Assembly: GCA_964016885.1 (NCBI GenBank)
Contig: OZ024743.1
Location: forward strand, 201,314,001 to 201,378,000
Direction: 5' to 3'
Source of the DNA: Eledone cirrhosa
Taxonomy: Eukaryota
Length of the DNA stretch: 64,000 nt
Within the stretch, counting starts at the first letter, position 1. Every line of letters begins with the position of its first letter. The notes under the pieces were generated by a model. The model saw only the letters and a list, made by a program, of their open reading frames with translations, did not search any database and was not told the DNA's origin. Made by a program: the position numbers and the translations under genes. Positions 37,801-50,600 of this stretch are shown in pieces.

Positions 37801-40800
37801 TGTTGTTGGTGGTGCTGTTGTTGTTGGTGGTGGTGTTGTTGTTGGTGGTGCTGTTGTTGTTGGTGGTGCTGTTGTTGTTGGTGGTGCTGTTGTTGTTGGT
37901 GGTGCTGTTGTTGTTGGTGTTGTTGTTGGTGGTGCTGTTGTTGTTGGTGGTGGTGTTGTTGTTGGTGGTGCTGTTGTTGTTGGTGGTGCTGTTGTTGTTG
38001 GTGGTGCTGTTGTTGTTGGTGGTGCTGTTGTTGGTGGTGGTGCTGTTGTTGTTGGTGGTGCAGTTGTTGGTGGTGGTGCTGTTGTTGGTGGTGTTGCTGT
38101 TGTTGTTGGTGGTGCTGTTGTTGGTGGTGGTGCTGTTGTTGGTGGTGGTGCTGTTGTTGGTGTTGCTGTGGTTGGTGGTGGTGCTGTTGTTGGTGGTGGA
38201 GTTGTCGTTGTTGGTGGGGCTGTTGTTGTTGGTGGTGCTGTTGTTGTTTGTGGTGCTGTTGTTGTTGGTGTTGTTGTTGGTGGTGCTGTTGTTGGTGGTG
38301 GTGCTGTTGTTGGTGGTGCTGTGGTTGGTGGTGGTGCTGTTGTTGGTGGTGGTGCTGTTGTTGTTGGTGGTGCTGTTGTTGGTGGTGGTGCTGTTGTTGG
38401 TGGTGGTGCTGTTGTTGTTGGTGGTGATGTTGTTGGTGTGTGTTGCTGTTGTTGTTGGTGGGGCTGTTGTTGTTGGTGGTGCTGTTGTTGGTGGTGGTGC
38501 TGTTGTTGGTGGTGCTGTTGTTGTTGGTGTTGTTGTTGGTGGTGCTGTTGTTGTTGGTGGTGCTGTTGTTGGTGGTGGTGCTGTTGTTGTTGGTGCTGTT
38601 GTTGGTGGTGGTGCTGTTGTTGGTGGTGGTGCTGTTGTTGGTGGTGGTGCTGTTGTTAGTGGAGTTGCTGTTGTTGGTGGTGGTGCTGTTGTTGGTGGTG
38701 GTGCTGTTGTTGGTGGTGCTGTTGTTGGTGGTGGTGCTGTTGTTGTTGCTGGTGGTGCTGTTGTTGTTGTTGGTGTTGTTGTTGTTGTTGATGGTGCTGT
38801 GGTTGGTGGTGGTGCTGTTGTTGGTGGTGGTGCTGTTGTTGTTGGTGGTGGTGGTGTTGTTGTTGGTGGTGCTGTTGTTGTTGGTGGTGCTGTTGTTGGT
38901 GGTGGTGCTGTTGTTGGTGGTGGTGCTGTTGTTGGTGGTGCTGTTGTTGGTGGTGGTGCTGTTGTTGGTGGTGGAGTTGTTGTTGGTGGTGCTGTTGTTG
39001 TTGGTGGTGCTGTTGTTGTTGGTGGTGCTGTTGTTGTTGGTGTTGTTGTTGGTGGTGCTGTTGTTGTTGGTGGTGGTGTTGTTGTTGGTGGTGCTGTTGT
39101 TGGTGATGGTGCTGTTGTTGGTGGTGGTGGTGTTGTTGGTGGTGGTGTTGCTGTTGTTGTTGGTGGTGCTGTTGTTGTTGGTGGTGCTGTTGTTGTTGGT
39201 GGTGGTGCTGTTGTTGGTGGTGCTGTTGTTGGTGGTGGTGCTGTTGTTGGTGGTGGTGCTGTTGTTGGTGGTGGTGGTGGTGGTGCTGTTGTTGGTGGTG
39301 CTGTTGTTGGTGGTGCTGTTGTTGGTGGTGGTGCTGTTGTTGTTGGTGGTGGTGGTGGTGCTGTTGTTGGTGTTGCTGTTATTGTTGGTGGTGCTGTTGT
39401 TGGTGGTGGTGCTGTTGTTGGTGGTGGTGGTGTTGTTGGTGGTGGTGTTGCTGTTGTTGTTGGTGGTGCTGTTGTTGTTGGTGGTGCTGTTGTTGGTGGT
39501 GGTGCTGTTGTTGGTGGTGGTGGTGTTGTTGGTGGTGGTGTTGCTGTTGTTGTTGGTGGTGCTGTTGTTGTTGGTGGTGCTGTTGTTGTTGGTGGTGGTG
39601 CTGTTGTTGGTGGTGCTGTTGTTGGTGGTGGTGCTGTTGTTGGTGGTGGTGCTGTTGTTGGTGGTGGTGGTGGTGGTGCTGTTGTTGGTGGTGCTGTTGT
39701 TGGTGGTGCTGTTGTTGGTGGTGGTGCTGTTGTTGTTGGTGGTGGTGGTGGTGCTGTTGTTGGTGTTGCTGTTGTTGTTGGTGGTGCTGCTGTTGTTGGT
39801 GGTGCTGTTGTTGTTGGTGGTGCTGTTGTTGTTGGTGGTGCTGTTGTTGTTGGTGGTGCTGTTGTTGTTGGTGTTGTTGGTGGTGGTGCTGTTGTTGGTG
39901 GTGGTGCTGTTGTTGGTGGTGGTGGTGGTGGTGCGGTTGTTGGTGATGCTGTTGTTGGTGGTGCTGTTGTTGGTGGTGCTGTTGTTGGTGGTGGTGCTGT
40001 TGTTGGTGGTGGTGGTGGTGGTGCTGTTGTTGGTGGTGGTGCTGTTGTTGGTGGTGGTGCTGTTGTTGGTGGTGCTGTTGTTGGTGGTGGTGCTGTTGTT
40101 GGTGGTGCTGTTGTTGGTGGTGGTGCTGTTGTTGGTGGTGGTGGTGGTGGTGCTGTTGTTGGTGCTGTTGTTGGTGGTGGTGCTGTTGTTGTTGGTGGTG
40201 CTGTTGTTGGTGGTGCTGTTGTTGTTGATGGTGCTGTTGTTGGTGGTGGTACTGTTGTTGTTGTTGGTGGTGCTGTTGTTGGTGGTGGTGCTGTTGTTGG
40301 TGGTGGTGCTGTTGTTGTTGGTGGTGCTGTTGTTGTTGTTGGTGGTGCTGTTGTTGGTGGTGGTGCTGTTGTTGGTGGTGGTGCTGTTGTTGTTGGTGGT
40401 GGTGCTGTTGTTGGTGGTGCTGTTGTTGGTGGTGGTGCTGTTGTTGGTGGTGGTGCTGTTGTTGGTGGTGGTGCTGTTGTTGTTGGTGGTGATGTTGTTG
40501 ATGGTGCTGTTGTTGTTGATGGTGCTGTTGTTGGTGGTGGTGCTGTTGGTGGTGGTGGTGCTGTTGTTGGTGGGGCTGTTGTTGTTGGTGGTGCTGTTGG
40601 TGGTGGTGGTGCTGTTGTTGGTGGGGCTGTTGTTGGTGGTGGTGCTGTTGTTGGTGGTGGTGGTGTTGTTGGTGGTGGTGCTGTTGCTGGTGGTGCTGTT
40701 GTTGGTGGTGCTGTTGGTGCTGTTGTTGGTGGTGGTGGTGGTGGTGCTGTTGTTGGTGCTGTTGTTGGTGGTGGTGCTGTTGTTGTTGGTGGTGCTGTTG

Positions 40801-41578
40801 TTGGTGGTGGTGGTGCTGTTGTTGGTGGTGGTGCTGTTGTTGGTGGTGGTGGTGTTGTTGTTGGTGGTGGTGGTGGTGGTGGTGTTGTTGTTGGTGGTGC
40901 TGTTGTTGGTGGTGGTGCTGTTGTTGTTGGTGGTGGTGGTGGTGGTGGTGGTGTTGTTGTTGGTGGTGCTGTTGTTGGTGGTGGTGCTGTTGTTGTTGGT
41001 GGTGCTGTTGTTGGTGGTGGTGGTGCTGTTGTTGGTGGTGGTGCTGTTGTTGGTGGTGGTGGTGTTGTTGTTGGTGGTGGTGGTGGTGGTGGTGGTGTTG
41101 TTGTTGGTGGTGCTGTTGTTGGTGGTGGTGCTGTTGTTGGTGGTGCTGTTGTTGTTGGTGGTGCTGTTGTTGTTGGTGGTGCTGTTGTTGTTGGTGGTGT
41201 TGTTGTTGGTGGTGGTGTTGTTGTTGGTGGTGGTGGTGGTGGTGGTGGTGTTGTTGTTGGTGGTGCTGTTGTTGGTGGTGGTGGTGCTGTTGTTGGTGGT
41301 GGTGTTGTTGTTGGTGGTGGTGCTGTTGTTGTTGGTGGTGCTGTTGTTGTTGGTGGTGTTGTTGTTGGTGGTGGTGTTGTTGTTGTTGGTGGTGGTGGTG
41401 GTGGTGGTGTTGTTGTTGTTGGTGGTGGTGGTGGTGGTGCTGTTGTTGGTGGTGGTGCTGTTTTTGGTGGTGGTGCTGTTGTTGTTGGTGGTGTTGTTGT
41501 TGGTGGTGCTGTTGTTGGTGGTGGTGCTGTTTTTGGTGGTGGTGCTGTTGTTGTTGGTGGTGCTGTTGTTGGTGGTGG

Positions 41579-41609
<31 letters not shown>

Positions 41610-41665
41610 GGTGCTGTTGTTGGTGGTGGTGCTGTTGTTGTTGGTGGTGTTGTTGTTGGTTGTGG

Positions 41666-41696
<31 letters not shown>

Positions 41697-44600
41697 GGTG
41701 CTGTTGTTGGTGGTGGTGCTGTTGTTGTTGGTGGTGGTGGTGGTGGTGCTGTTGTTGTTGGTGGTGCTGTTGTTGTTGGTGGTGCTGTTGTTGTTGGTGG
41801 TGCTGTTGTTGTTGGTGGTGCTGTTGTTGTTGGTGGTGCTGTTGTTGTTGGTGGTGTTGTTGTTGGTGGTGCTGTTGTTGGTGGTGGTGGTGGTGGTGGT
41901 GCTGTTGTTGTTGGTGGTGGTGGTGGTGGTGGTGTTGTTGTTGGTGGTGCTGTTTTTGGTGGTGGTGCTGTTGTTGTTGGTGGTGCTGTTGTTGTTGGTG
42001 GTGCTGTTGTTGTTGGTGGTGCTGTTGTTGTTGGTGGTGTTGTTGTTGGTGGTGCTGTTGTTGGTGGTGGTGGTGGTGGTGGTGGTGCTGTTGTTGTTGG
42101 TGGTGGTGGTGGTGTTGTTGGTGGTGCTGTTTTTGGTGGTGGTGCTGTTGTTGTTGGTGGTGCTGTTGTTGGTGGTGGTGTTGTTGTTGGTGGTGCTGTT
42201 GTTGGTGGTGGTGGTGGTGGTGGTGCTGTTGTTGTTGTTGGTGGTGGTGGTGGTGGTGTTGTTGTTGGTGGTGCTGTTTTTGGTGGTGGTGCTGTTGTTG
42301 TTGGTGGTGCTGTTGTTGTTGGTGGTGCTGTTGTTGTTGGTGGTGCTGTTGTTGTTGGTGGTGTTGTTGTTGGTGGTGCTGTTGTTGTTGGTGGTGGTGG
42401 TGGTGGTGCTGTTGTTGTTGGTGGTGGTGGTGGTGGTGGTGTTGTTGTTGGTGGTGCTGTTTTTGGTGGTGGTGCTGTTGTTGTTGGTGGTGCTGTTGTT
42501 GTTGGTGGTGCTGTTGTTGTTGGTGGTGCTGTTGTTGTTGGTGGTGTTGTTGTTGGTGGTGCTGTTGTTGGTGGTGGTGGTGGTGGTGGTGCTGTTGTTG
42601 TTGGTGGTGTTGATGGTGGTGGTGTTGTTGTTGGTGGTGCTGTTGTTGGTGGTGGTGCTGTTTTTGGTGGTGGTGCTGTTGTTGTTGGTGGTGCTGTTGT
42701 TGTTGGTGGTGTTGTTGTTGGTGGTGGTGTTGTTGGTGGTGATGCTGTTGTTGGTGGTGCTGTTGTTGGTGGTGCTGTTGTTGTTGGTGTTGTTGGTGGT
42801 GCTGTTGTTGGTGGTGCTGTTGTTGGTGGTGGTGGTGGTGGTGCTGTTGTTGGTGGTGGTGCTGTTGTTGGTGGTGGTGGTGGTGGTGCTGTTGTTGGTG
42901 GTGCTGTTGTTGGTGGTGGTGGTGTTGTTGTTGGTGGTGGTGCTGTTGTTGGTGGTGGTGCTGTTGTTGTTGGTGTTGTTGGTGGTGGTGCTGTTGTTGG
43001 TGGTGCTGTTGTTGTTGGTGGTGGTGTTGTTGGTGGTGGTGTTGTTGTTGGTGGTGCTGTTGTTGTTGGTGGTGGTGTTGTTGTTGGTTGTGCTGTTGTT
43101 GTTGGTGGTGCTGTTGTTGTTGGTGGTGGTGCTGTTGTTGTTGGTGCTGCTGTTGTTGGTGGTGGTGCTGTTGTTGTTGGTGGTGGTGCTGTTGTTGTTG
43201 GTGGTGCTGTTGTTGTTGGTTGTGCTGTTGTTGGTGGTGGTGGTGCTGTTGGTGGTGCTGTTGTTGTTGGTGGTGGTGTTGTTGTTGGTTGTGCTGTTGT
43301 TGGTGGTGGTGGTGCTGTTGTTGGTGGAGGTGCTGTTGTTGGTGGTGGTGTTGTTGTTGGTTGTGCTGTTGTTGGTGGTGGTGGTGCTGTTGTTGGTTGT
43401 GGTGCTGTTGTTGGTGGTGGTGCTGTTGTTGGTGGTGGTGGTGCTGTTGATGGTGGTGGTGTTGTTGTTGGTGGTGGTGCTGTTGTTGTTGGTGGTGCTG
43501 TTGTTGGTGGTGTTGCTGTTGGTGGTGGTGGTGCTGTTGTTGTTGGTGGTGGTGCTGTTGTTGGTGGTGGTGCTGTGGTTGGTGGTGGTGCTGTTGTTGG
43601 TGGTGCTGTTGTTGTTGGTGGTGCTTTTGTTGGTGGTGGTGCTGTTGTTGGTGGTGGTGGTGGTGGTGCTGTTGTTGGTGGTGCTGTTGTTGGTGGTGCT
43701 GTTGTTGTTGGTGTTGTTGGTGGTGGTGCTGTTGTTGGTGGTGCTGTTGTTGTTGGTGGTGGTGTTGTTGGTGGTGGTGGTGCTGTTGTTGTTGGTGGTG
43801 CTGTTGTTGGTGGTGGTGGTGCTGTTGTTGGTGGTGGTGCTGTTGTTGGTGGTGCTGTTGTTGGTGGTGTTGCTGTTGTTGTTGGTGGTGCTGTTGTTGG
43901 TGGTGGTGTTACTGTTGTTGGTGGTGCTGTTGTTGTTGATGGTGCTGTTGTTGGTGGTGTTGCTGTTGCTGTTGGTGGTGCTGTTGTTGGTGGTGGTGTT
44001 ACTGTTGTTGGTGGTGCTGTTGTTGTTGTTGGTGGTGCTGTTGTTGGTGGTGGTGCTGTTGTTGTTGGTGGTGCTGTTGTTGGTATTGCTGTTGTTGGTG
44101 GTGCTGTTGTTGGTGGTGGTGCTGTTGTTGGTGGTGCTGTTGTTGGTGGTGGTGCTGTTGTTGTTGGTGGTGGTGTTGGTGGTGGTGCTGTTGTTAGTGG
44201 TGGTGGTGTTGGTGGTGGTGGTGTTGGTAGTGGTGCTGTTGTTGTTGGTGGTGGTGTTGTTGGTGGTGCTGTTGTTGGTGGTGGTGCTGTTGTTAGTGGT
44301 GGTGCTTTTGTTGGTGGTGGTGCTGTTGTTGGTGGTGGTGCTGTTGTTGTTGTTGTTGGTTCTGTTGTTGGTGGTGCAGTGGTTGGTGGTGGTGTTGTTG
44401 TTGGTGGTGGTGGTGCTGTTGTTGGTGGTGGTGGTGGTGTTGTTGGTGGTGCTGTTGTTGGTGGTGTTGCTGTTGTTGGTGGTGGTGCTGTTGTTGGTGG
44501 TGTTGCTGTTGTTGTTGGTGGTGGTGCTGTTGTTGGTGGTGCTGTTGTTGGTGGTGGTGCTGTTGTTGGTGGTGTTGCTGTTGTTGGTGGTGTTGCTGTT

Positions 44601-47600
44601 GTTGGTGGTGGTGCTGTTGTTGGTGGTGTTGCTGTTGTTGTTGGTGGTGGTGGTGCTGTTGTTGGTGGTGGTGCTGTTGTTGTTGGTGGTGCTGTTGTTG
44701 GTGGTGTTGCTGTTGTTGGTGGTGGTGCTGTTGTTGGTGGTGTTGCTGTTGTTGTTGGTGGTGGTGCTGTTGTTGGTGGTGCTGTTGTTGGTGGTGGTGC
44801 TGTTGTTGGTGGTGTTGCTGTTGTTGGTGGTGTTGCTCTTGTTGGTGGTGGTGCTGTTGTTGTTGGTGGTGCTGTTGTTGATGTTGCTGTTGTTGGTGGT
44901 GCTGTTGTTGGTGGTGGTGTTACTGTTGTTGGTGGTGCTGTTGTTGGTGGTGGTGCTGTTGTTGGTGGTGTTGCTGTTGTTGGTGGTGGTGCTGTTGTTA
45001 GTGGAGTTGCTGTTGTTGGTGGTGGTGCAGTTGTTGGTGGTGGTGCTGTTGTTGTTGGTGGTGCTGTTGTTGATGTTGCTGTTGTTGGTGGTGCTGTTGT
45101 TGGTGGTGGTGCTGTTGTTGGTGGTGGTGCTGTTGTTGGTGGTGGTGCTGTTGTTAGTGGAGTTGCTGTTGTTGGTGGTGGTGCTGTTGTTGGTGGTGGT
45201 GCTGTTGTTGGTGGTGCTGTTGTTGGTGGTGGTGCTGTTGTTGTTGCTGGTGGTGCTGTTGTTGTTGTTGGTGTTGTTGTTGTTGTTGATGGTGCTGTGG
45301 TTGGTGGTGGTGCTGTTGTTGGTGGTGGTGCTGTTGTTGTTGGTGGTGGTGGTGTTGTTGTTGGTGGTGCTGTTGTTGTTGTTGGTGTTGTTGTTGGTGG
45401 TGGTGCTGTTGTTGGTGGTGGTGCTGTTGTTGTTGGTGGTGCTGTTGTTGGTGGTGCTGTTGTTGGTGGTGCTGTTGTTGGTGGTGGTGCTGTTGTTGGT
45501 GGTGGTGCTGTTGTTGGTGGTGGGGCTGTTGTTGGTGGTGGTGCTGTGGTTGGTGGTGGTGCTGTTGTTGGTGGTGGTGCTGTGGTTGGTGGTGGTGCTG
45601 TTGTTGTTGGTGGTGCTGTGGTTGGTGGTGGTGCTGTTGTTGGTGGTGGTGCTGTTGTTGTTGGTGGTGTTGTTGTTGGTGGTGCTGTTGTTGCTGGTGG
45701 TGCTGTTGTTGGTGGTGGTGCTGTTGTTGGTGGTGGTGCTGTTGTTGGTGGTGGGGCTGTTGTTGGTGGTGGTGCTGTTGTTGTTGTTGGTGGTGGTGTT
45801 GTTGGTGGTGGTGCTGTTGTTATTGTTGGTTGTGGTGCTGTTGTTGGTGGTGTTGCTGTTGTTGTTGGTGGTGGTGCTGTTGTTGGTGGTGCTGTTGTTG
45901 GTGGTGGTGCTGTTGTTGTTGGTGGTGCTGTGGTTGGTGGTGGTGCTGTTGTTGGTGGTGCTGTTGTTGGTGGTGGTGCTGTTGTTGGTGATGGTGCTGT
46001 TGTTGTTGGTGGTGGTGTTGTTGTTGGTGGTGCTGTTGTTGGTGGTGGTGCTGTTGTTGGTGGTGGTGCTATTGTTGGTGGTGGTGGTGCTGTTGGTGGT
46101 GGTGCTGCTGTTGTTGTTGGTAGTGGTGCTGTTGTTGGTGGTGGTGTTGTTGTTGGTGGTGGTGTTGTTGTTGGTGGTGGTGCTGTTGTTGGTGGTGCTG
46201 TTGTTGTTGGTAGTGGTGCTGTTGTTGGTGGTGGTGTTGTTGTTGGTGGTGGTGGTGTTGTTGGTGGTGGTGGTGTTGTTGTTGGTGGTGGTGGTGTTGT
46301 TGGTGTTGGTGATGTTGTTTGTGGTGGTGGTGCTGTTGTTGGTGGTGGTGGTGCTGTTGTTGGTGGTGGTGGTGTTGTTGGTGGTGGTGGTGCTGTTGTT
46401 GGTGGTGGTGCTGTTGTTGTTGGTGGTGCTGTTGTTGGTGGTGGTGCTGTTGTTCGTGGTGGTGCTGTTGTTGGTGGTGGTGGTGCTGTTGTTGGTGGTG
46501 GTGCTGTTGTTCGTGGTGGTGCTGTTGTTGGTGGTGGTGGTGCTGTTGGTGGTGGTGGTGCTGTTGTTGTTGGTAGTGGTGCTGTTGTTGTTGGTGGTGC
46601 TGTTGTTGTTGGTGGTGCTGTTGTTGTTGGTGGTGCTGTTGTTGTTGGTGGTGCTGTTGTTGGTGGTGGTGCTGTTGTTGGTGGTGGTGTTGTTGTTGGT
46701 GGTGGTGCTGTTGTTGGTGGTGGTGTTGTTGTTGGTGGTGGTGGTGTTGTTGGTGGTGGTGGTGTTGTTGTTGGTGGGTCTGTTGTTGGTGTTGGTGATG
46801 TTGTTTGTGGTGGTGGTGCTGTTGTTGGTGGTGGTGCTGTTGTTGGTGGTGGTGCTGTTGTTGGTGGTGGTGCTGTTATTGGTGGTGGTGTTGTTGTTGG
46901 TGGTGGTGCTGTTGTTGGTGGTGGTGGTGTTGTTGGTGGTGGTGTTGTTGGTGGTGCTGTTTTTGGTGGTGCTGTTGTTGTTGGTGGTGCTGTTGTTGTT
47001 GGTGGTACTGTTGTTGGTGGTGGTGCTGTTGTTGTTGGTGGTGCTGTTGTTGTTGGTGGTGTTGTTGTTGGTGGTGGTGCTGTTGTTGGTGGTGGTGGTG
47101 TTGTTGGTGGTGGTGCTGTTGTTGGTGGTGGTGCTGTTGTTGGTGGTGGTGCTGTTGTTGTTGGTGGTGCTGTTGTTGGTGGTGGTGCTGTTTTTGGTGG
47201 TGCTGTTGTTGTTGGTGGTGCTGTTGTTGTTGGTGGTGCTGTGGTTGGTGGTGGTGCTGTTGTTGGTGGTGGTGGTGGTGGTGCTGTTGTTGGTGGTGCT
47301 GTTGTTGGTGGTGGTGCTGTTGTTGGTGGTGGTGCTGTTGTTGTTGGTGGTGCTGTTGTTGGTGGTGGTGCTGTTGTTGGTGGTGGTGGTGGTGGTGCTG
47401 TTGTTGGTGGTTTTGTTGTTGGTGGTGGTGCTGTTGTTGGTGGTGGTGCTGTTGTTGTTGGTGGTGCTGTTGTTGGTGTTGGTGATGTTGTTGGTGGTGG
47501 TGCTGCTGTTGGTGGTGGTGCTGTTGTTGGTGGTGGTGGTGGTGGTGCTGTTGTTGGTGATGCTGTTGTTGGTGGTGCTGTTGTTGGTGGTGGTGCTGTT

Positions 47601-50600
47601 GTTGTTGGTGGTGCTGTTGTTGGTGGTGGTGCTGTTGTCGGTGGTGGTGCTGTTGTTGTTGGTGCTGCTGTTGTTGGTGGTGGTGCTGTTGTTGTTGGTG
47701 CTGCTCTTGTTGGTGGTGGTGCTGTTGTTGTTGGTGGTGCTGTTGTTGGTGTTGCTGTTGTTGGTGGTGGTGCTGTTGTTGTTGGTGGTGGTGTTATTGT
47801 TGGTGGTGGTGCTGTTGTTGGCGGTGGTGCTGTTGTTGGTGGTGGTGCTGTTGTTGGTGGTGCTGTTGTTGGTGGTGGTGCTGTTGTTGTTGGTGGTGGT
47901 GTTATTGTTGGTGGTGGTGCTGTTGTGGGTGGTGGTGTTGTTGTTGGTGGTGGTGGTGTTATTGTTGGTGGTGCTGTTGTTGGTGGTGGTGCTGTTGTTG
48001 GTGGTGCTGCTGTTGTTGGTGGTGGTGCTGTTGTTGGTGGTGGTGCTGTTGTTGGTGGTGGTGCTGTTGTTGGTGGTGCTGTTGTTGGTGGTGGTGGTGT
48101 TGCTGGTGGTGCTGTTGTTGTTGTTGGTGGTGCTGTTGTTGTTGGTGGTGCTGTGGTTGGTGGTGGTGTTGTTGTTGGTGGTGGTGGTGTTGTTGTTGGT
48201 GGTGCTGTTGTTGTTGGTGGTGTTGTTGTTGGTGGTGGTGGTGCTGTTGTTGGTGGTGGTGCTGTTGTTGGTGGTGGTGCTGTTGTTAGTGGTGGTGCTG
48301 TTGTTGGTGGTGGTGCTGTTGTTGGTGGTGGTGCTGTTGTTGGTGGTGGTGCTGTTGTTGGTGGTGCTGTTGTTGTTGGTGGTGGTGTTGCTGGTGGTGC
48401 TGTTGTTGTTGTTGGTGGTGCTGTTGTTGTTGGTGGTGCTGTGGTTGGTGGTGGTGCTGTTGTTAGTGGTGGTGCTGTTGTTGGTGGTGGTGCTGTTGTG
48501 GTGGTGGTGCTGTTGTTGGTGGTGGTGCTGTTGTTGGTGGTGCTGTTGTTGTTGGTGGTGGTGTTGCTGGTGGTGCTGTTGTTGTTGTTGGTGGTGCTGT
48601 TGTTGTTGGTGGTGGTGCTGTTGTTGTTGGTGATGCTGTGGTTGGTGGTGGTGTTGTTGTTGGTGGTGGTGGTGTTGTTGTTGGTGGTGCTGTTGTTGTT
48701 GGTGGTGTTGTTGTTGGTGGTGGTGCTGTTGTTGGTGGTGCTGTTGTTGGTGATGGTGCTGTTGTTGGTGGTGGTGCTGTTGTTGTTGGTGGGGCTGTTG
48801 TTGGTGGTGGTGCTGTTGTTGGTGGTGCTGTTGTTGGTGATGGTGCTGTTGTTGGTGGTGGTGCTGTTGTTGTTGGTGGTGCTGTGGTTGGTGGTGGTGC
48901 TGTTGTTGGTGGTGGTGCTGTTGTTGTTGGTGGTGGTGGTGTTGTTGGTGGTGGTGGTGTTGTTGTTGGTGGTGCTGTTGTTGTTGGTGGTGTTGTTGTT
49001 GGTGGTGGTGGTGCTGTTGTTGGTGGTGCTGTTGTTGGTGATGGTGCTGTTGTTGGTGGTGGTGCTGTTGTTGTCGGTGGTGCTGTGGTTGGTGGTGGTG
49101 TTGTTGTTGGTGGTGGTGCTGTTGTTGTTGGTGGTGGTGGTGTTGTTGGTGGTGCTGTTGTTGTTGGTGGTGGTGTTGTTGTTGGTGGGTCTGTTGTTGG
49201 TGTTGGTGATGTTGTTTGTGGTGGTGGTGCTGTTGTTGGTGGTGGTGGTGCTGTTGTTGGTGGTGGTGGTGCTGTTGTTGGTGGTGGTGCTGTTGTTGGT
49301 GGTGGTGCTGTTGTTGTTGGTGGTGCTGTTGTTGTTGGTGGTGGTGGTGTTGTTGGTGGTGCTGTTGTTGTTGGTGGTGGTGTTGTTGTTGGTGGGTCTG
49401 TTGTTGGTGTTGGTGATGTTGTTTGTGGTGGTGGTGCTGTTGTTGGTGGTGGTGGTGCTGTTGTTGGTGGTGGTGGTGCTGTTGTTGGTGGTGGTGCTGT
49501 TGTTGGTGGTGGTGCTGTTGTTGTTGGTGGTGCTGTTGTTGGTGGTGGTGCTGTTGTTGATGGTGGTGCTGTTGTTGGTGGTGGTGCTGTTGTTGGTGGT
49601 GGTGCTGTTGTTGTTGGTGGTGGTGGTGGTGCTGTTGTTGGTGGTGCTGTTGTTGGTGGTGGTGCTGTTGTTGTTGGTGGTGCTGTTGTTGGTGTTGGTG
49701 ATGTTGTTGGTGGTGGTGCTGCTGTTGGTGGTGGTGCTGTTGTTGGTGGTGGTGCTGTTTTTGGTGGTGCTGTTGTTGTTGGTGGTGCTGTTGTTGGTGG
49801 TGGTGCTGTTGTTGTTGGTGGTGGTGGTTGTGCTGTTGTTGGTGGTGCTGTTGTTGGTGGTGGTGCTGTTGTTGGTGGTGCTGTTGTTGTTGGTGTTGTT
49901 GGTGGTGCTGTTGTTGATGGTGCTGTTGTTGGTGGTGGTGGTGCTGTTGTTGGTGGTGGTGCTGTTGTTGGTGGTGCTGTTGTTGGTGGTGCTGTTGTTG
50001 TTGGTGTTGTTGGTGGTGCTGTTGTTGATGGTGGTGCTGCTGTTGTTGGTGGTGGTGCTGTTGTTGGTGGTGGTGCTGCTGTTGTTGGTGGTGGTGCTGT
50101 TGTTGTTGGTGGTGCTGTTGTTGGTGGTGGTGGTGGTGGTGCTGTTGTTGGTGGTGCTGTTGTTGGTGGTGGTGGTGTTGTTGTTGGTGGTGGTGCTGTT
50201 GTTGGTGGTGGTGCCGTTGTTGTTGTTGGTGGTGCTGTTGTTGGTGGTGGTGCTGTTGTTGTTGGTGGTGCTGTTGTTGTTGGTGGTGTTGTTGTTGGTG
50301 GTGGTATTGTTGTTGGTGGTGCTGTTGTTGTTGGTGGTGTTGTTGTTGGTGGTGCTGTTGTTGTTGGTGGTGCTGTAGTTGGTGGTGGTGCTGTTGTTGG
50401 TGTTGGTGCTGTTGTTGGTGGTGGTGCTGTTGTTGTTGGTGGTGCTGTTGTTGTTGGTGGTGCTGTTGTTGTTGGTGGTGTTGTTGTTGGTGGTGGTATT
50501 GTTGTTGGTGGTGCTGTTGTTGTTGGTGGTGTTGTTGTTGGTGGTGCTGTTGTTGTTGGTGGTGCTGTAGTTGGTGGTGGTGGTGTTGTTGGTGGTGTTG

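Noticed and set aside
38748-38755. Chi-like GCTGGTGG octamers in the array
   Set aside because: Chance products of the triplet alphabet; RecBCD Chi sites are irrelevant in a eukaryote.
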